This document shows positions 13,883 through 26,993 of a DNA stretch of 64,000 bases, in pieces; position 1 is the first letter of the stretch, and each line of letters opens with the position of its first letter. The position numbers and the translations under genes were made by a program. Origin of the DNA: Gnetum montanum (Eukaryota; Plantae; Gnetophyta). The stretch spans positions 5,422 through 69,421 of the forward strand of contig MNCI01003064.1 of NCBI GenBank assembly GCA_015680685.1, written 5' to 3'. The notes under the pieces are model-generated. The model was not told the DNA's origin, did no database searches, and worked only from the letters and a program-made list of their open reading frames with translations.

Positions 13883-14750
13883 ATGAAAGTTGCAACATAC
13901 AATGTGCTTGCAAGATTCCTAGATAATGAAAAATAACAACCACTATGTTCACCATGGACCTTAGACTAGCATGAATATCAATATCCATACATCTTAGCAG
14001 AGTTACAAGATTTGGATGTTGATGTCTTATGTCTACAACAAGTCTTGCCATGGGAATTCCTATACTAGTTTCAACTAGACTTAGAGAAGATGGGATACGA
14101 AGGTATTTACAATCAAAAAGGTTCTTATGGAAGTTCTTCTTTTGATTTGTATAGATTAGCCTATTGCAAAAATCACAACATGAATGATTGTGCAATATTT
14201 TATAAAGAAGCAAAGTTTGAATTAGTACAAATATTTGAATGGATTTTAGAAAATATGATTTTTGAAATCCCAGAACTTTCAATCATGGGTAAGAAAGAAT
14301 AGTCAAGGTTCCAAATAAACCACATTGCTTTGATACTAAAAATTCATTTATCAAGAATATGTGTATGTATAGTTAATACACATTTAATTATCAAAACAAC
14401 ATGTCCAACTATTAGACTATGTCAAGGAGCATACTTGATTAAGCAAATAAAGAAAAGTTTGAAGAGTAAGTTATTTTTATTATATATCGATCCAGTGTCA
14501 ATTATCCTCTGTGGAGACATCAATGTAAAACTTGGAAGTAGGATTTATTAATTCTTACAATATGGATATGTTAAAGAATCCTTGGAATATGAACCCAATT
14601 TGAAGAATATGTTTTCATCAATTTAACGTGCAATTCCATTAGCAAGTGCATATTTAACTTAGTTCGAATCTTCAATAGATAAATTAGATAACAAAATTCA
14701 TAAACACATAGTTTTGATGAATAGTATTCATCAAGAATCATAGTTCAATC
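13883..14750 (+). pseudogene. CCR4-like (EEP superfamily) deadenylase pseudogene, intronless and 3'-truncated
   Basis: Ordered motifs MKVATYNVLA, ILAELQDLDVDVLCLQ, GYEG, DCAIFYK..KFELV, CIVNTHL, IRLCQ, IILCGDIN and LASAY. Several stops and frameshifts. Ends before the DYI/SDH motifs. Confidence 0.85.
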
Positions 14751-14754
14751 TTTT

Positions 14755-14975
14755 CTAACAACAATAATTCCATCAATATTACTAAAAATCCTATTCAACA
14801 TTCTTGAACCAAGCACATTAAAACTCATCATCATTTTATCCATTAACATACTCAACAAGGGCATGTAAAATTGGAGTTCATTGGTACCACCAATCAATTA
14901 GCTAATGCTTATACAAAATTCCTTCACAAAAAACACTTAGCTTGCCTATGTAAAGATATGGGAATAGGATCCTAT
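14755..14975 (+). mobile_element. Ty1/Copia RNase H C-terminal fragment
   Basis: KNPIQHS*TKHIKTHHHFI...VKLEFIGTTNQLANAYTKFL matches the Copia RH consensus NPVxHxRTKHI...QLADxxTK. Confidence 0.85.
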
Positions 14976-15479
14976 CCTAGAAAGATACTTCCCTTTCCAT
15001 GCTTGATTAGAAAATTAGGTAAGAGGGGAGGGATAGCTTGCTATGCCAAAAACATAATCCATAGGGCTCTTGCTGCATCATGAGAAGAAATTATGAAAGA
15101 CAAAGCTCATGCTAAGTTCCAAGAGGAAGCATTGCTAACATTGTCACTTGTGTAAGAAACATCCATAGTTGACGAGCAACAAAGTTGACTTTGGGAGCAG
15201 CAACAATAGCATGCTCAACCTCATTGTTCATGTCCATGGTTCATGAACCTTGTTAGCATAAGGATGGCCCTATCATATGGGGAATTCACATTGGTAGAAT
15301 GCATCGAATTAAAAAAAATTCATTGAGATGTGGACATGTTTCATGGTAATGGTGAATACAGTGTCTAGACCCTTGAGACCAAGTTTATAACAGATTGGAC
15401 TAGGCTCAACCATGCCTTCCCACACCTTTAAAAATCTGCTCCAAGGGACCAATGTTATCTCCATGATCAAGAAATGCAA

Positions 15480-15824
15480 ACACATCCAAAAATAATTCAA
15501 AGAGTAGGACAAGAAGTCTAAGGCTGCAACCATGGCTAAAACAACATGATCAATCCATGGAGGAAGTCTTAATGATCCATGGATGCATTCATTGTTCCTC
15601 AGGACCAGAAATTTTAAAGGTGCAAGTATTGTATGATTTGACCCTGCCAAATTATGAAATATAGGGAAAGATATACATTTTCACCTTTAAAATTTCTGTT
15701 CTCAAGGAACCATGAATGTGTCCATGGATCATCAAGACTTCCTCTTTGGATGGGCCATGTCCTTTTAGCCATGGTTTCGGCCTTAGAATTCTTGTCCTAC
15801 CCTTGGAATTATTTTTGGATGTGT
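15480..15824. repeat. Inverted repeat with ~142-bp arms and ~60-bp spacer
   Basis: 15480-15622 and 15682-15824 are reverse complements. A third partial copy lies at ~15423-15475. Confidence 0.9.
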
Positions 15825-17956
15825 ATCATAGATACGATAATTGATAAGACATTTTAAAGTCATGAAATGATTTGTAGTAGAATGCTACTGCTTAAATCCT
15901 TCTTGGAAAATTGCATGCATCTAATTGTTTTCAACTTATCTTCGAAGTCTAGATTCTAGAATAGTGCCCAAAAGCTTGACAAAGATATTGTTGATTACAA
16001 CTAGTCTATAATTTTAGATTTTTTTTCCTTTTCTAAAACATCATAATTGGTTTATTGATGCATCATTCCTTTGTTAACATCACTTACATAGCAAAATTTA
16101 ACTTCTTCTAAATAGCATTCCATACCAATGGCCCTTCTCATGTAAACATTTCACCATATAAGTTTACATTAATCAATTTTCCTTATGTAAATCTTTTTAT
16201 CTCTTACATTACATCATTAAACGATGTGAACAATGAGTTACCATTGTCATGACACTCTTCCATTTTTTTGTCTATGAAATAAAGCTAAATAACAATTTTC
16301 AATATCTTTGAGAGAGAAAGCATAGCTTGTTCTTCTCTTTCTTTGAATTAAATGCCAAAAATATTTTAGGTCTTTCTTTATGATTTTTATTAAACTAGTC
16401 CATCTTTATTTGATAAATTCTCTCTTGTTAGTTTGAATTAGATTTTTATATAACTTGTTAATCTCTAGTGACTTCTAAGTCTTCAATAAAATTTTAGCTA
16501 TCTTACATTCTTCATCAAACCATTATTGATTGTGTATATTTTAGCCTTTGAAAATATCAAGGCAAGCTCTAATTAAAGTTTTTCTAAGACACATAGATGG
16601 ATTCCAAATCTTCTTAATTTCATTTAAAAATATTTTTTCATTTTTGGAGTTATTTTGAAATGATTTTGCCTCGTCAAATATGTAATACGCTATGTGTTTG
16701 TTAATAATATGAAGTATAAATAATCATGACAAGATTCAATGATATCTTCCCATACTTCAAAGGTAATAGGCTAGAAAGAAAAAAAAATTTATACTAGAGG
16801 TACTATGTAATACCTAAATCTATGTTTTGTTATTTTTCTTTTTGTTTTATGTCTCTATTTTGAACTTTAAAAAAATTGTCTTGTTATTATGTCATAATGC
16901 ACTTAGGAATATGTATAAAACAGATGCTTCCATATATGATTTTGTACCCATCCCAATTAGATAAGGATTTTACTCCTAATTCACTTCTATGTAAACTTAT
17001 AACTCAATTCTAATATCTTTATTAAAAGATAAAGGTCCATACAAACTTCTAATTCACTTCTAAATGCTTTAGTAGATGGCTTGCCTTGTTTTAGGATTAT
17101 AAATCAACTATCACATGCACTATACAATTCTAATTAAATATTCCTCTAATATATTCAGTTTCCTTAAGACCTAATCCCTTTGTAAAAGAATAATCTGTAG
17201 ACGTCAATTCTTTGACAAGATATGCCCAAGGATGGTATAGGACTATACAGTTCTAGTTAAACGTTCGGATGTCATTGCAAATAATGATTCATATGCAAAT
17301 AATGGGTCATGAGCTTGGATTTACCAAGGTTTGTTTCATGATGCAAATTGGAATCAAGTGAGCGAATGGACCCTTTTCTGCTAAGAAAGCAAACTAGTTC
17401 TACCATGTGTAAAATAATGGACCGTTGAAGTCTCATTAACACGAGTGAGCAATATGCACATGAACCCACTTGCCAATATGCAGCTGCAGCCAATCATGAG
17501 GAACTTAAAAATCTGCAAACTTGTTGATTTTCCGAATAATAATATGCAACGGTAGTCAATCCCCTGAAACTTACAACGCTACAAGTATGTTCATTTAAAA
17601 TATCAGTTTCCTTTCAAAATGTTTGCAAACCTCAGAAAACAGATCATATAGCCAGAATTTCTCATCTTCCAGGGTATGCAATCCTTAATATATTTACGGA
17701 AAATAAAATTTGCCATTGCTGTGACGATATAAACCCCAGAAAACGCTTTCAAATTTTTCAATCCTCATTTCAACATCATATACTTGGCTGAAAAATTTTG
17801 CAGTTGTTGGGCACAATGCTTTTATAATATAAATCAAACATAAGGCTTTCAAGTTCTGTATGTGAACAAAATGCTGTAAGAAAATGCCATCAATAAAAAT
17901 TCAAGGTTTCATATTTTAGTTGCATAAAAATAACAGTTCTCGGTGTGACTGAACTA

Positions 17957-18655
17957 TCAGTCAACATTTCGTTTGCTGAGCTTGGAAGAGTCGTAAATCC
18001 TTTCAACTGGAGTGGTAAAATCAAACTGTTTGATGTTGATGGGTTGGTCTTTCTGGTATGGACTTTGGTCCAGATATCTCTGAATTTCACCCCTGGACCT
18101 GAACTTTTCTCCGGTCGGAGAAATATAGTACACATCTCCAAACCTGCTGCAGGTAGCGCTTCTGGGATTTAGAAGCCGCTTCAAACCTGCAGGAGTTTTG
18201 GGTATATCGGGCCTGTCCACAGCCCGCATCTTTTGGCTCTTTTCAACAGTAATATCATCAGCGTCATTGCATGTTACCATACGGCCCCATGCGGCAGCCA
18301 TCTTACACACAAATGGTCTTGTACTGAATTGGGATCTAATTTCCTCGTAGAATCCTTCAGTTGGCGCTATTCCCCATTTCAGGCAGGCATCACATTGTAC
18401 AGCAAAAATAGGATTTCCTGAACTCCCATCAGTCCTTTTACTGCCGCTGGACTTAATCCGAACGTTAGCTTTAGGCTGGACTGGAAAGCATTCTTTCTTC
18501 TTCGAAGTAGCTGCCAAGGCCGAATCAGCCTTCCGCACCTGCGAAGTCCCAGCTTCTGCTGCAATTATATCACTTGAATCCTTCACAAGGGTCGACCACT
18601 GTCTCTTGCGGATTGGGCCGTTGCTCGTAGGGACATGCTGGATTCCATTTTCGAC
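17957..18655 (-). CDS. MBD2: Methyl-CpG-binding domain protein with CW-type zinc finger (MBD2-like); main coding exon, start exon not located
   Basis: Uninterrupted frame. zf-CW: FAVQCDACLKW...YEEIR...PFVC...W...C. MBD: DRPDIPKTPAGLKR...RFGDVYYISPTGEKFRSRGEIQRYL...QFDFTTP. The frame opens after the splice acceptor TTGCCAG| at 18656-18657 (VENGIQHVP...), with an in-frame stop just upstream and no ATG. CpG is retained relative to the flanks. Confidence 0.9.
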   Translation of the reverse strand, partial: VENGIQHVPTSNGPIRKRQWSTLVKDSSDIIAAEAGTSQVRKADSALAATSKKKECFPVQPKANVRIKSSGSKRTDGSSGNPIFAVQCDACLKWGIAPTEGFYEEIRSQFSTRPFVCKMAAAWGRMVTCNDADDITVEKSQKMRAVDRPDIPKTPAGLKRLLNPRSATCSRFGDVYYISPTGEKFRSRGEIQRYLDQSPYQKDQPINIKQFDFTTPVERIYDSSKLSKRNVD

Positions 18656-19774
18656 CTGGCAAGATGATCAACACAGGTTTTCCCTAAAATATTATGAGCA
18701 TAGAAGCCCACCAGAAAATAAATAAATAAAAATAAATAAATCCTATAACAGATTTTAAAATGAATCTAACAGCATGTAATGCCTGAGAATTCAGAAGCTA
18801 TACAAAAAATGGAAAAGAAATAGTGCCATTGCTTAAATCTGCCAGAATGAAAAAGTTCGAAATCATCCACAACATAAAATAATTGGGGAAGTATATAAGA
18901 AAGAAAATCCAATTCCTTCATTACAAAATTTACATCAACATTGCAAAACGTTAAAATGTACACGACATTGCTATTGCAAAATGCTGAAAACTTCTATAGA
19001 ATGCAACAGAAAATTGATTTTTCCACGGTCTAGACAACCTTTAGAGAAGGGGAAACAGAAAACTTGAAAAATAAGAAAGGATCTCATTGTACATACACAT
19101 GGCAGAAATGCTTTAAAAAAAATTTTATTGACGGAAAAGAAAATGGAAAAGGGCATGAAATAGCTTTGCCTAACAAATAAAGGTTTTAAAACTGAAAATT
19201 GTACAACAGAAACAAAACACTTGCTTCGCGTAAATGGTGCCATAGAAACAAAACACACAGATGCAGTAAAGGACAGATGCTATCTCTGCGGTGTGCAAAA
19301 GGATGTGGCATAGCTTCATGTAAAAAGATGTCTCCTTATAGAGAGATTGAGTTTGAAATTACATTTAAGCCTATAACTCAACCAATTTCCAAGCTTTTCA
19401 TAGAATGTCTTAAGTGAAGTTGACAGAGCTTAATGTATAGATTCAAGAGCTATTAGAGATAGGTATGATTCGATCAAGTGTTTCACTTAGATAATGAAAA
19501 GAAAGTTTAGCTACATGTATCCAGCTATTCTAGCTTTGAATTAAACTGGAAATCCACCAAAAAAATATTGTAAATTGACTGATAAATGATTGAAATAGTA
19601 AATGACCCTAATTCTGATTGTTCAACTTCCAAGATTGAGTAAATAATGATGAATAATGTTGCTAAATGTTGATGAACTAATAAAAGATTGTTGAATTAAT
19701 GATGAATAGGTGTAATTATTACTAAAATTATGCTGATGATTACATTATGTAAATTTTCAAAAGAGATGCCTTGA

Positions 19775-19795
19775 ATATATATATATATATATATA
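19775..19795. repeat. (AT)n microsatellite
   Basis: About 10 AT units read directly. Confidence 0.9.
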
Positions 19796-20289
19796 ACAAG
19801 TGGAGCAAAGTTCACTAAAAATAATATAATTTCACCCTAATGAAAAAATAGCTTAAAAATTGTGTGTGTATATGCATTGGGGTCAAAATAATATTACAAC
19901 TACTCATAAATCTAGAAATTTCCTATATTTTATTAAAATAAGCTTCCATTATGTAATAGAAATAAGAAATTATTGACTTCTACTTTAAAAAGCCAATAGC
20001 TAGAGGTGGACATGATCATACTAGGAGGGTGAATGTTGGGCCTAGTAACATAATATCAATACCTAACCTAATTATTGATTGAATGCAGTAGATGTTTAAA
20101 GATTTTGAAGTAGAATCTCACACTTTGATTTCTAGTACATAGAAGGAGGAGATCATTCAAGTAGATATCAACCATTATCTGTTTTAGTTCCTACATTAGC
20201 ATAAAAGAAGAACTTTAGTTCATTGCCAATGTAGGATGCTTTTAGAAATGATGGTAGTGGAAGACAACTAATGGAGAGGAAGCTTATGT

Positions 20290-20590
20290 AATAGTTCTAT
20301 AAGCTAGAACCTCCTATCTTCCAAGGTAAGGAGGATTCTACCATTTTCACTAAGTGGCTTAAGAAGGTCCTCAAGATTTTCAAGTTGATGGGTTGTATTC
20401 ATATACAATAAACTTCTTTGGTAACTTACTGGTTTTAGGGGGCTACTAGACATTGGTGGACTACGTAGGAGAAGAATCATCATTGGAACGAATATGATGT
20501 CTATTAGAGAAATTTCTTTAATGTTTTTAATGCTCATTACATTCCTTCAAAGTTTATGATTATGAAAGTTGAGGAGTTCTACTGCCTTTA
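20290..20590 (+). mobile_element. Tekay/Del-like Gypsy gag remnant, 5' part (interrupted by Athila C)
   Basis: EPPIFQG...KWLKKVLKIFKLMGC...ATRHWW...FNAHYIP...KVEEF. The homology resumes at 37703. Confidence 0.75.
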
Positions 20591-20702
20591 TGATGAGCAA
20601 CGAGGTACCCCTACACCCAACCATATGAATACGAGTTTTTACGTGTAATTTGGTTGAAATCCAAGGATTAAGTGCTTATGCACTTACACAAAACAAGGAT
20701 GG

Positions 20703-21506
20703 TGATGGGACACAATATTGCATGGGCCACGATATAGCGTCGGCCCCTGTGATATCACGTACATGATATCACAACCCGTCGCCTTGTCTATAAATAAGAG
20801 GTAGCTTTCCCTTGTTTCCTCATCTAGATCTAGACCCTTAGCTAAACTCTAGCAGTTTTACCATTCCAGAGATAGAATAATTTCGATGTGCCTGCAGTAG
20901 GAGTCTCAAAGTGAATGAATCTTTATTTGAGCAAATTGTACATGAGCACACATTTGTGTATGGAAATAAAGACAAACTTTCTGATAAACCTTGCAGTACA
21001 TGGACTAAGATAAATAGGACTTTAATTATTGTTAAATGTTTAAACGCTTTCTTAGACAATTAATCACTCTTAACCCTCAACTCTCCTAGTTAAGTGCATT
21101 TAGTACGACCGCTTCAAGCACATATGCTATGCTTGGTAACCCAGTAACGAATAGCGTTTGGTAATCCTAGTAGTGTTGCATTGGTTCAGGGTGTGTACAA
21201 CAAGTGGGAACGGATACTGATGCTAGGATGTTTAAAGCCTAGTTAGTGAAAGTTAGTTACTTAGTCTCTTCACCCTTTCCTCTCTTAGCATAGGAGATAA
21301 AAAGATAAAAGACATAAAAATCATATACCTCAGACTTACTTAACCATACAACCGTGACAATACAAGTAAGTCTGGGAAGACAACGATTAATTAACCTTAA
21401 GTGTTCCATAAGGCGCGTAAGCACTTAGTCCTTGGAGTTCGACCGGATCGCGCGTGTAACACTCGTATTTGTATGGTTGAGTGTAGGGGTACCTTGCCAC
21501 TCATCA
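20703..21506 (+). repeat. 5' LTR of Athila B
   Basis: TGATGGG...CTCATCA. CTATAAATA TATA box at ~20787. Direct repeat of 26994-27777. Confidence 0.92.
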
Positions 21507-21507
21507 T

Positions 21508-21525
21508 TGGCACCGTTGTTGGGGA
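21508..21525 (+). other. PBS of Athila B
   Basis: TGGCACCGTTGTTGGGGA immediately after the LTR. Confidence 0.85.
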
Positions 21526-21652
21526 CTTAGTTGTTTGTGTGCTATGTAGAACATAGGAAATCATTTACATCGTTGGGAGCTAAAATGAACCCTTAGGGTT
21601 GATCAAATGAAAATATAACATAATAGTAAACAACACACCGAATAAGACAAAA

Positions 21653-24600
21653 ATGTCTTCTTCTCCACACAAAAGCACTTCATCGCCTAGGACCAACACT
21701 AGAGATAGTCGGTGGCACAACACACATAAGCAAAATCCATCAGTTCCTCAACAATTCAGTGTGGTATATATTCATCACGATGAATATATACCTGACTTTA
21801 CCTTTTTCTTCCATCAAGAAAAAAAACTATGTTGGAAAGATTTAGAAGGTAACATAGTGTTGCCTTCAGACAAAGTTGCCCCCAACATGATCCTTCGTGC
21901 CCTTGCACGAATAGGCATGTCACAATTATACGCTAAGTACGTTGCATGCAATTACAACACAAGGTACTACCATCACACATAAGCGCAACGTCAACGGGAG
22001 TCACGACAGGAGAGTTACCACAGATCGTTGAATGGCAAAGGACCCCTTAATGCTTCACCCGTCATAAGAGAAATTAAGGGTGGTGAACATATTTCAATAG
22101 GTTCTCCACAAAATGATGTCCCCCCTCCTAACGATAGTGATGAGGTGGTGTATCAAAACCTTTGCTCCATGATACACAACCCTGGTTTTGATTCCCATGA
22201 ACACCAAGTGTTCAATGAGGGAACACAAACACAAGATAAGGGCAAGCATTCTGATCGCCATCATGATTGGGTTTGGGATCACCAAATGGAAGGTAGGAAA
22301 CATCGTCATGGTGATGGTTCTCCTTCGTCTTCCCCTTCATCATCACATTCACCCTCTCCTTCAACATCTGGACATAATCATAAGGAACCTAACCATGAGG
22401 ATAAGTGTAAGAAAAATGAGAGACCTCGACGAGAGAGTTTAGAGCAAGGATAAGGGCATTCTAGAAATCACGACATGGAAGAAGGGAAAGTAGGGAACCA
22501 CATAGGCATCATAGATGCCATTAAAAAAATGACCATGAATAACTCCTACTTGCAACCTGAAGCATGTTAAACATTATGAAGGTCGTTAGAATACCTCCAA
22601 GGCACCAAAAAGATAGCCAGATCAAGAGACTAGACATGAATAATATCCCACGATTTGAGGGGTGATACAACACTGATATGCAAAACCATTTATAGGCATT
22701 TCATGATTCCTGTGCATTGCAGAACATTGAAAATGAGTGGAACAAATTAAAGTTGTTCCCAAGGACACTCATAAAAGAAGTGAAAAGCTGGTACTAGTCC
22801 TTAGCACTGTAATCCATTCGAAGGTGGAGTACGATGCTAGAACTGTTTAACAATAAATATCATATGTACTTCCGAGTGTCCAACTTGCAAAAGTAGATCC
22901 AAGGATGGAAGTAGGGTAATCATGAACCCTTGGATGCTGGCATGGGCCAATATTATGCATTGCTACATTATTTCTCGGGACATGGTTATGCACAATGGGA
23001 TCAACTATGCCATCTCATAGATGGGCTAAGACATGAAACTAGGAGAACCCTTGGAACATATGCCCAAGAGAGATTATCAGAGCTCAGGTCCCATGAGGTT
23101 CATAGATTGTTGGAGCAAGTAGCTAAGAAATAAGGAGAGCTATGTAAGACAGAAAGCGCAGAAGAATACAACTGCGATCCTTCCCTCTGAAAAAGGGGAG
23201 TGAGATTCTATGAGGAGGAGGATGAGTCACCACTTGAAGAGTTGGTGAATAGGAAGACCTATCTGCTTCAAAAATTAACAACAAAAATGTCGGATAAGGT
23301 AGATCAAATGTGGGACTCCTTATATAGTAGATTTGAAACCATTTTAAAAATCATAGAGGAGTCTAAGGAGCGAAGTAGTGATCGTGATAAAAAGAAAATG
23401 AGGGATTTGTAGCATGCATGTAACAAAGGTAAGGGTAAATTGACTATCACCGAAGAGGTTGTGGATTCCAATACGGATGATGATGGTGAATATGAGATAT
23501 GTTAGTATGACCTTCCTAAGGGATGTTGCCTAATAATCTCACATCTACAAGAGTTTGGGGTGTATGCACTCAACCTAAGACTTAAGAAACGGCAAGCACC
23601 CCGAAGGTTACCTTATCCCCAAGGTAACCTGAAGCAATTCCACAAACCATTAACATATTATCCAAGTGGAACTCCGCCACAACCTATGGAGCAACACTAG
23701 TAGTGGCAATACCCATATTCATGGTGAATGCCACTGCCAAGGCAATAATACCCTTACTGGCAACTAGATCCATATGGCTACTACGTGTAGCAACCAATCT
23801 CTTCGAGTGATTCTATTGGTCATGTGACCCCACAACATCACTACCAAACTCAAGAGTATTATAGGACTCCTTCTCTTGGGAGATACAAACCACATCCATA
23901 CCATCCTCCAAATCCACCCACAACTCTTACACCAATAGCTCCACTACCACCCGCTCCAGCGATGCAAGGGAAAATCCTCATCCAGCTGTAGCAACGCAAT
24001 GCTACGAGAGCTGTAAACCTTCAACCCGCTGCTAGTTCTGACAACCATACAAGGAGAAGACCTTTTTTCAGAACTAACAGTTGAAACAAGCTCTCACAAG
24101 CACAAGCGATTGAGCCTCAGAACATTCCTCCATCAAATAAGGCTTTGAAGCTCCCTTCAAAACAACAACAGAGCTTAACGCATACGGTTATGTTAACACA
24201 TACCATCACTGACTGGATCAAGGAAGGCCACCTTCCCAGAAAAATTTCTGATCCTGGAAGTCCCTTAATCTATCTCCAAGTCACTGGGAATAAACCATGT
24301 AAGGCTCTTCTTGACTCAACTTCCAGAGTCAACTTAATATCACAAGAAATGTATAAATCCTAGAACCTACCTTCACTAAAGAATAGAAATATTTGCTTAG
24401 AGCTAGCTGACCAGTCCATCACCATTCCTTTGGGATTGGTGGAGGACATCGTTACCACTATGTGTGGTTGGTCATACCCAGCTAATTTCCTAGTGATCCA
24501 AGTAAACAATGACAAAGGGAACTTCCCAATAATAATGGGGAGGGCATGGCTCAGTACCATAAACACATGCCTAGGAATCTGTGATCTTTTCCTAGAAATA

Positions 24601-25000
24601 TCTAAGGAAAACACTTATGGAAAGATTGAGAAGAAGAAGGTTCCATGCATCACATACAGTGATACTGAGGATGATAGTGTACAAAAATGTTCAGCATCTC
24701 CTGCATGCAATCAGTATGCCTCAGAAGTTAACATACAAAAGTGCCTGTATGTAGTAAGCACGCAACAAGAGAGCACCTACCAGTTGATAGCTAATCAAGA
24801 GAGTGACCCACCAATATGCATGGAACTAACTGGGGGACCAACTTGCACCCATGTAGAAAGCATAGATGCACTGGAGCAAGTGTACTCCAACCCTTAATCT
24901 AAAACCACCAATTGAGGGAAATTGGAAACTCTTAGAAAATCCAAATGAGTACTCCGATAGGATAATACTAATCTGTGTGCAACTAACAAACCCTTCCATG
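21653..25000 (+). pseudogene. Degenerate gag-protease of Athila B
   Basis: Gag core KLFPRTLIKEVKSWY. Protease DPGSPLI...KALLDSTSRVNLI...PIIMGRAWL. Multiple stops. Confidence 0.85.
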
Positions 25001-26993
25001 AACTTAGAATAGCTAGTGCACATAATACCTCTAAGAGAGGATGACCTTGCTCATTATTTCTGATCTCTCCCTTCCAATTCATTCATGGGGGAGATGGCCA
25101 CCTATGCTGATCATTTGCAGCCCTTAGCTTCTTTTTAAGTTTTTTTTTTACAAATTTATTTAACTTTTATTGTTTTTTTTTTGCAACATCGTTCATACTC
25201 TTTCATTTCTTTGTGTGTTTGTTTATTCTGTTCAGTTTGTCACCTAATAAGTGCTCTGAAGATGGTATGAACTATATTCCATTGATTTCTAATGTTTGGT
25301 TTTTACCTTTAAGTTATGATGTTCATACTAAGGTATGGTTCTTTTGATATAGCAAGCAATGAGTCCACTTCATCCATACATCCATAAAATTCTATGGTCT
25401 CTCTTGGCTTGGAACTATATAGTCCCTTTCTTAATAATAAACACTATCAACGAATCGGTGATTGGGCATTTCTCAAAGTAAGGAAGGACTCAAGGATTGA
25501 AAAGGGTGTGACTTCAAGGGAATTTGATGCACTTGTGTTGGCCATTCTCTTAGGTGCATGGATGTTTTCTTCGTGAGTTTTCTTACTGTTCTGATGTTGC
25601 CACATTATCGGGAAGCTGAGAAAATAAAAATAATAAAGTCTTGGCATAGTGTGGTTCTCACGCAAAAACACAAAAAAAAAACAAAAACAAAAATAGTAAG
25701 AATTAAAAGCACATTCCTTAGAAAAAATAATCATTTGGGCTACAAGCACTGGATATGGAACTAAAATAAAAATTTTCCCTCTAACTAATGCCCTTCTTGC
25801 TTCCTACTTTCTCCTCTTTTATTTCGTCGGAATCATGGTGACTCTTTGGTGAAGGCATTCTTGTTACTTCGGGTGGATGGATTGGCCAAATGTATCAATG
25901 CGAAGTCACTGGATGTGGTTTTTTTTTGGTTGGATTTGGAATGAGATCTACTAAATCACATTAACCATTAATACATAAGGGGCTGTACACCACCTTTTTC
26001 TTGAGACTCCATTCCATTCTTTTCTTTCCATTCTTATTTCTCCATTTATCACCTCATTTTCGGTTATATTAGTAGTCCATATTTTGGTTGATGCATTTTT
26101 TTATTTTTGGTAAACTCTTGTAGTTAAGACTTTAACTCTTGTCTCCAAATGACATTCCTAGAGCTAACAAACTCTTCGAATGTGGGATTGTCAAGGCATT
26201 AAGGGCATGAGCCTACTTTGGGGAGGACCCACTAGCATTCCTATTTGGTGCATCCATTAATTTATTCCCTTTAAACATTTCTACAATCACCATTTATTTT
26301 GTTCATTTCTATCTTTGACATTCATTTTATTGGCATGGACGTTGTTTCTTCTCCTCCATATTTCTCATTCCTTATCTTTTTCCATTCTCTCACTACCGGA
26401 GGTTTTCTCTCAGTCATGGGGGTCCTAGTCCAATTTTTTTAATTTTTCTCTTAACCCCTACACCTTGGATAGTCACTAGTATTATATCTCTAGATTTTCA
26501 TTAGCCATATCACAACTCAGCCAATGGACCTTACACTGAGGCAAGGTATTAACTGCATTGTGATTCATTTATCCTTGCTAATATCAAACTATGTTGTGTG
26601 TATAGATGGAAATCATACAACAATGGATTGGATCTAGAGGAAACACTTGGAATGGATGGGTGCTAAAGTAGTTATGCAAGGAACAAGATTGATGATGCGC
26701 TTATGGATGGACAACGAATGACACAATCTTGGTGTTGGTAGTAGCAGACTTTTTCTTTTCTCTCTCTCTTCTCTCTTCTCTCTTCTTTATCAGCTGCTAA
26801 GTAAGGCTGGATGTCAAATATATATAGTGTTCATTCTTGTTGTCATGAACACTAAATTTTATCATGTTTTGTAATGATGATCCGTTCACATGTCACCCCA
26901 TCTACCATTATTGTCATTTAAGTAAATAATCCCATACCTTTCCAATATTTTGTAAGGAACTCAAGGATGAGTTTTCATTCAGTTATGGGGGTA

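Noticed and set aside
19208-19256. Candidate first exon (MAPFTRSK) for the MBD gene, between 13-bp direct repeats
   Set aside because: The available GT donor is phase 2 while the acceptor at 18655 needs phase 0. Not supportable without transcripts.
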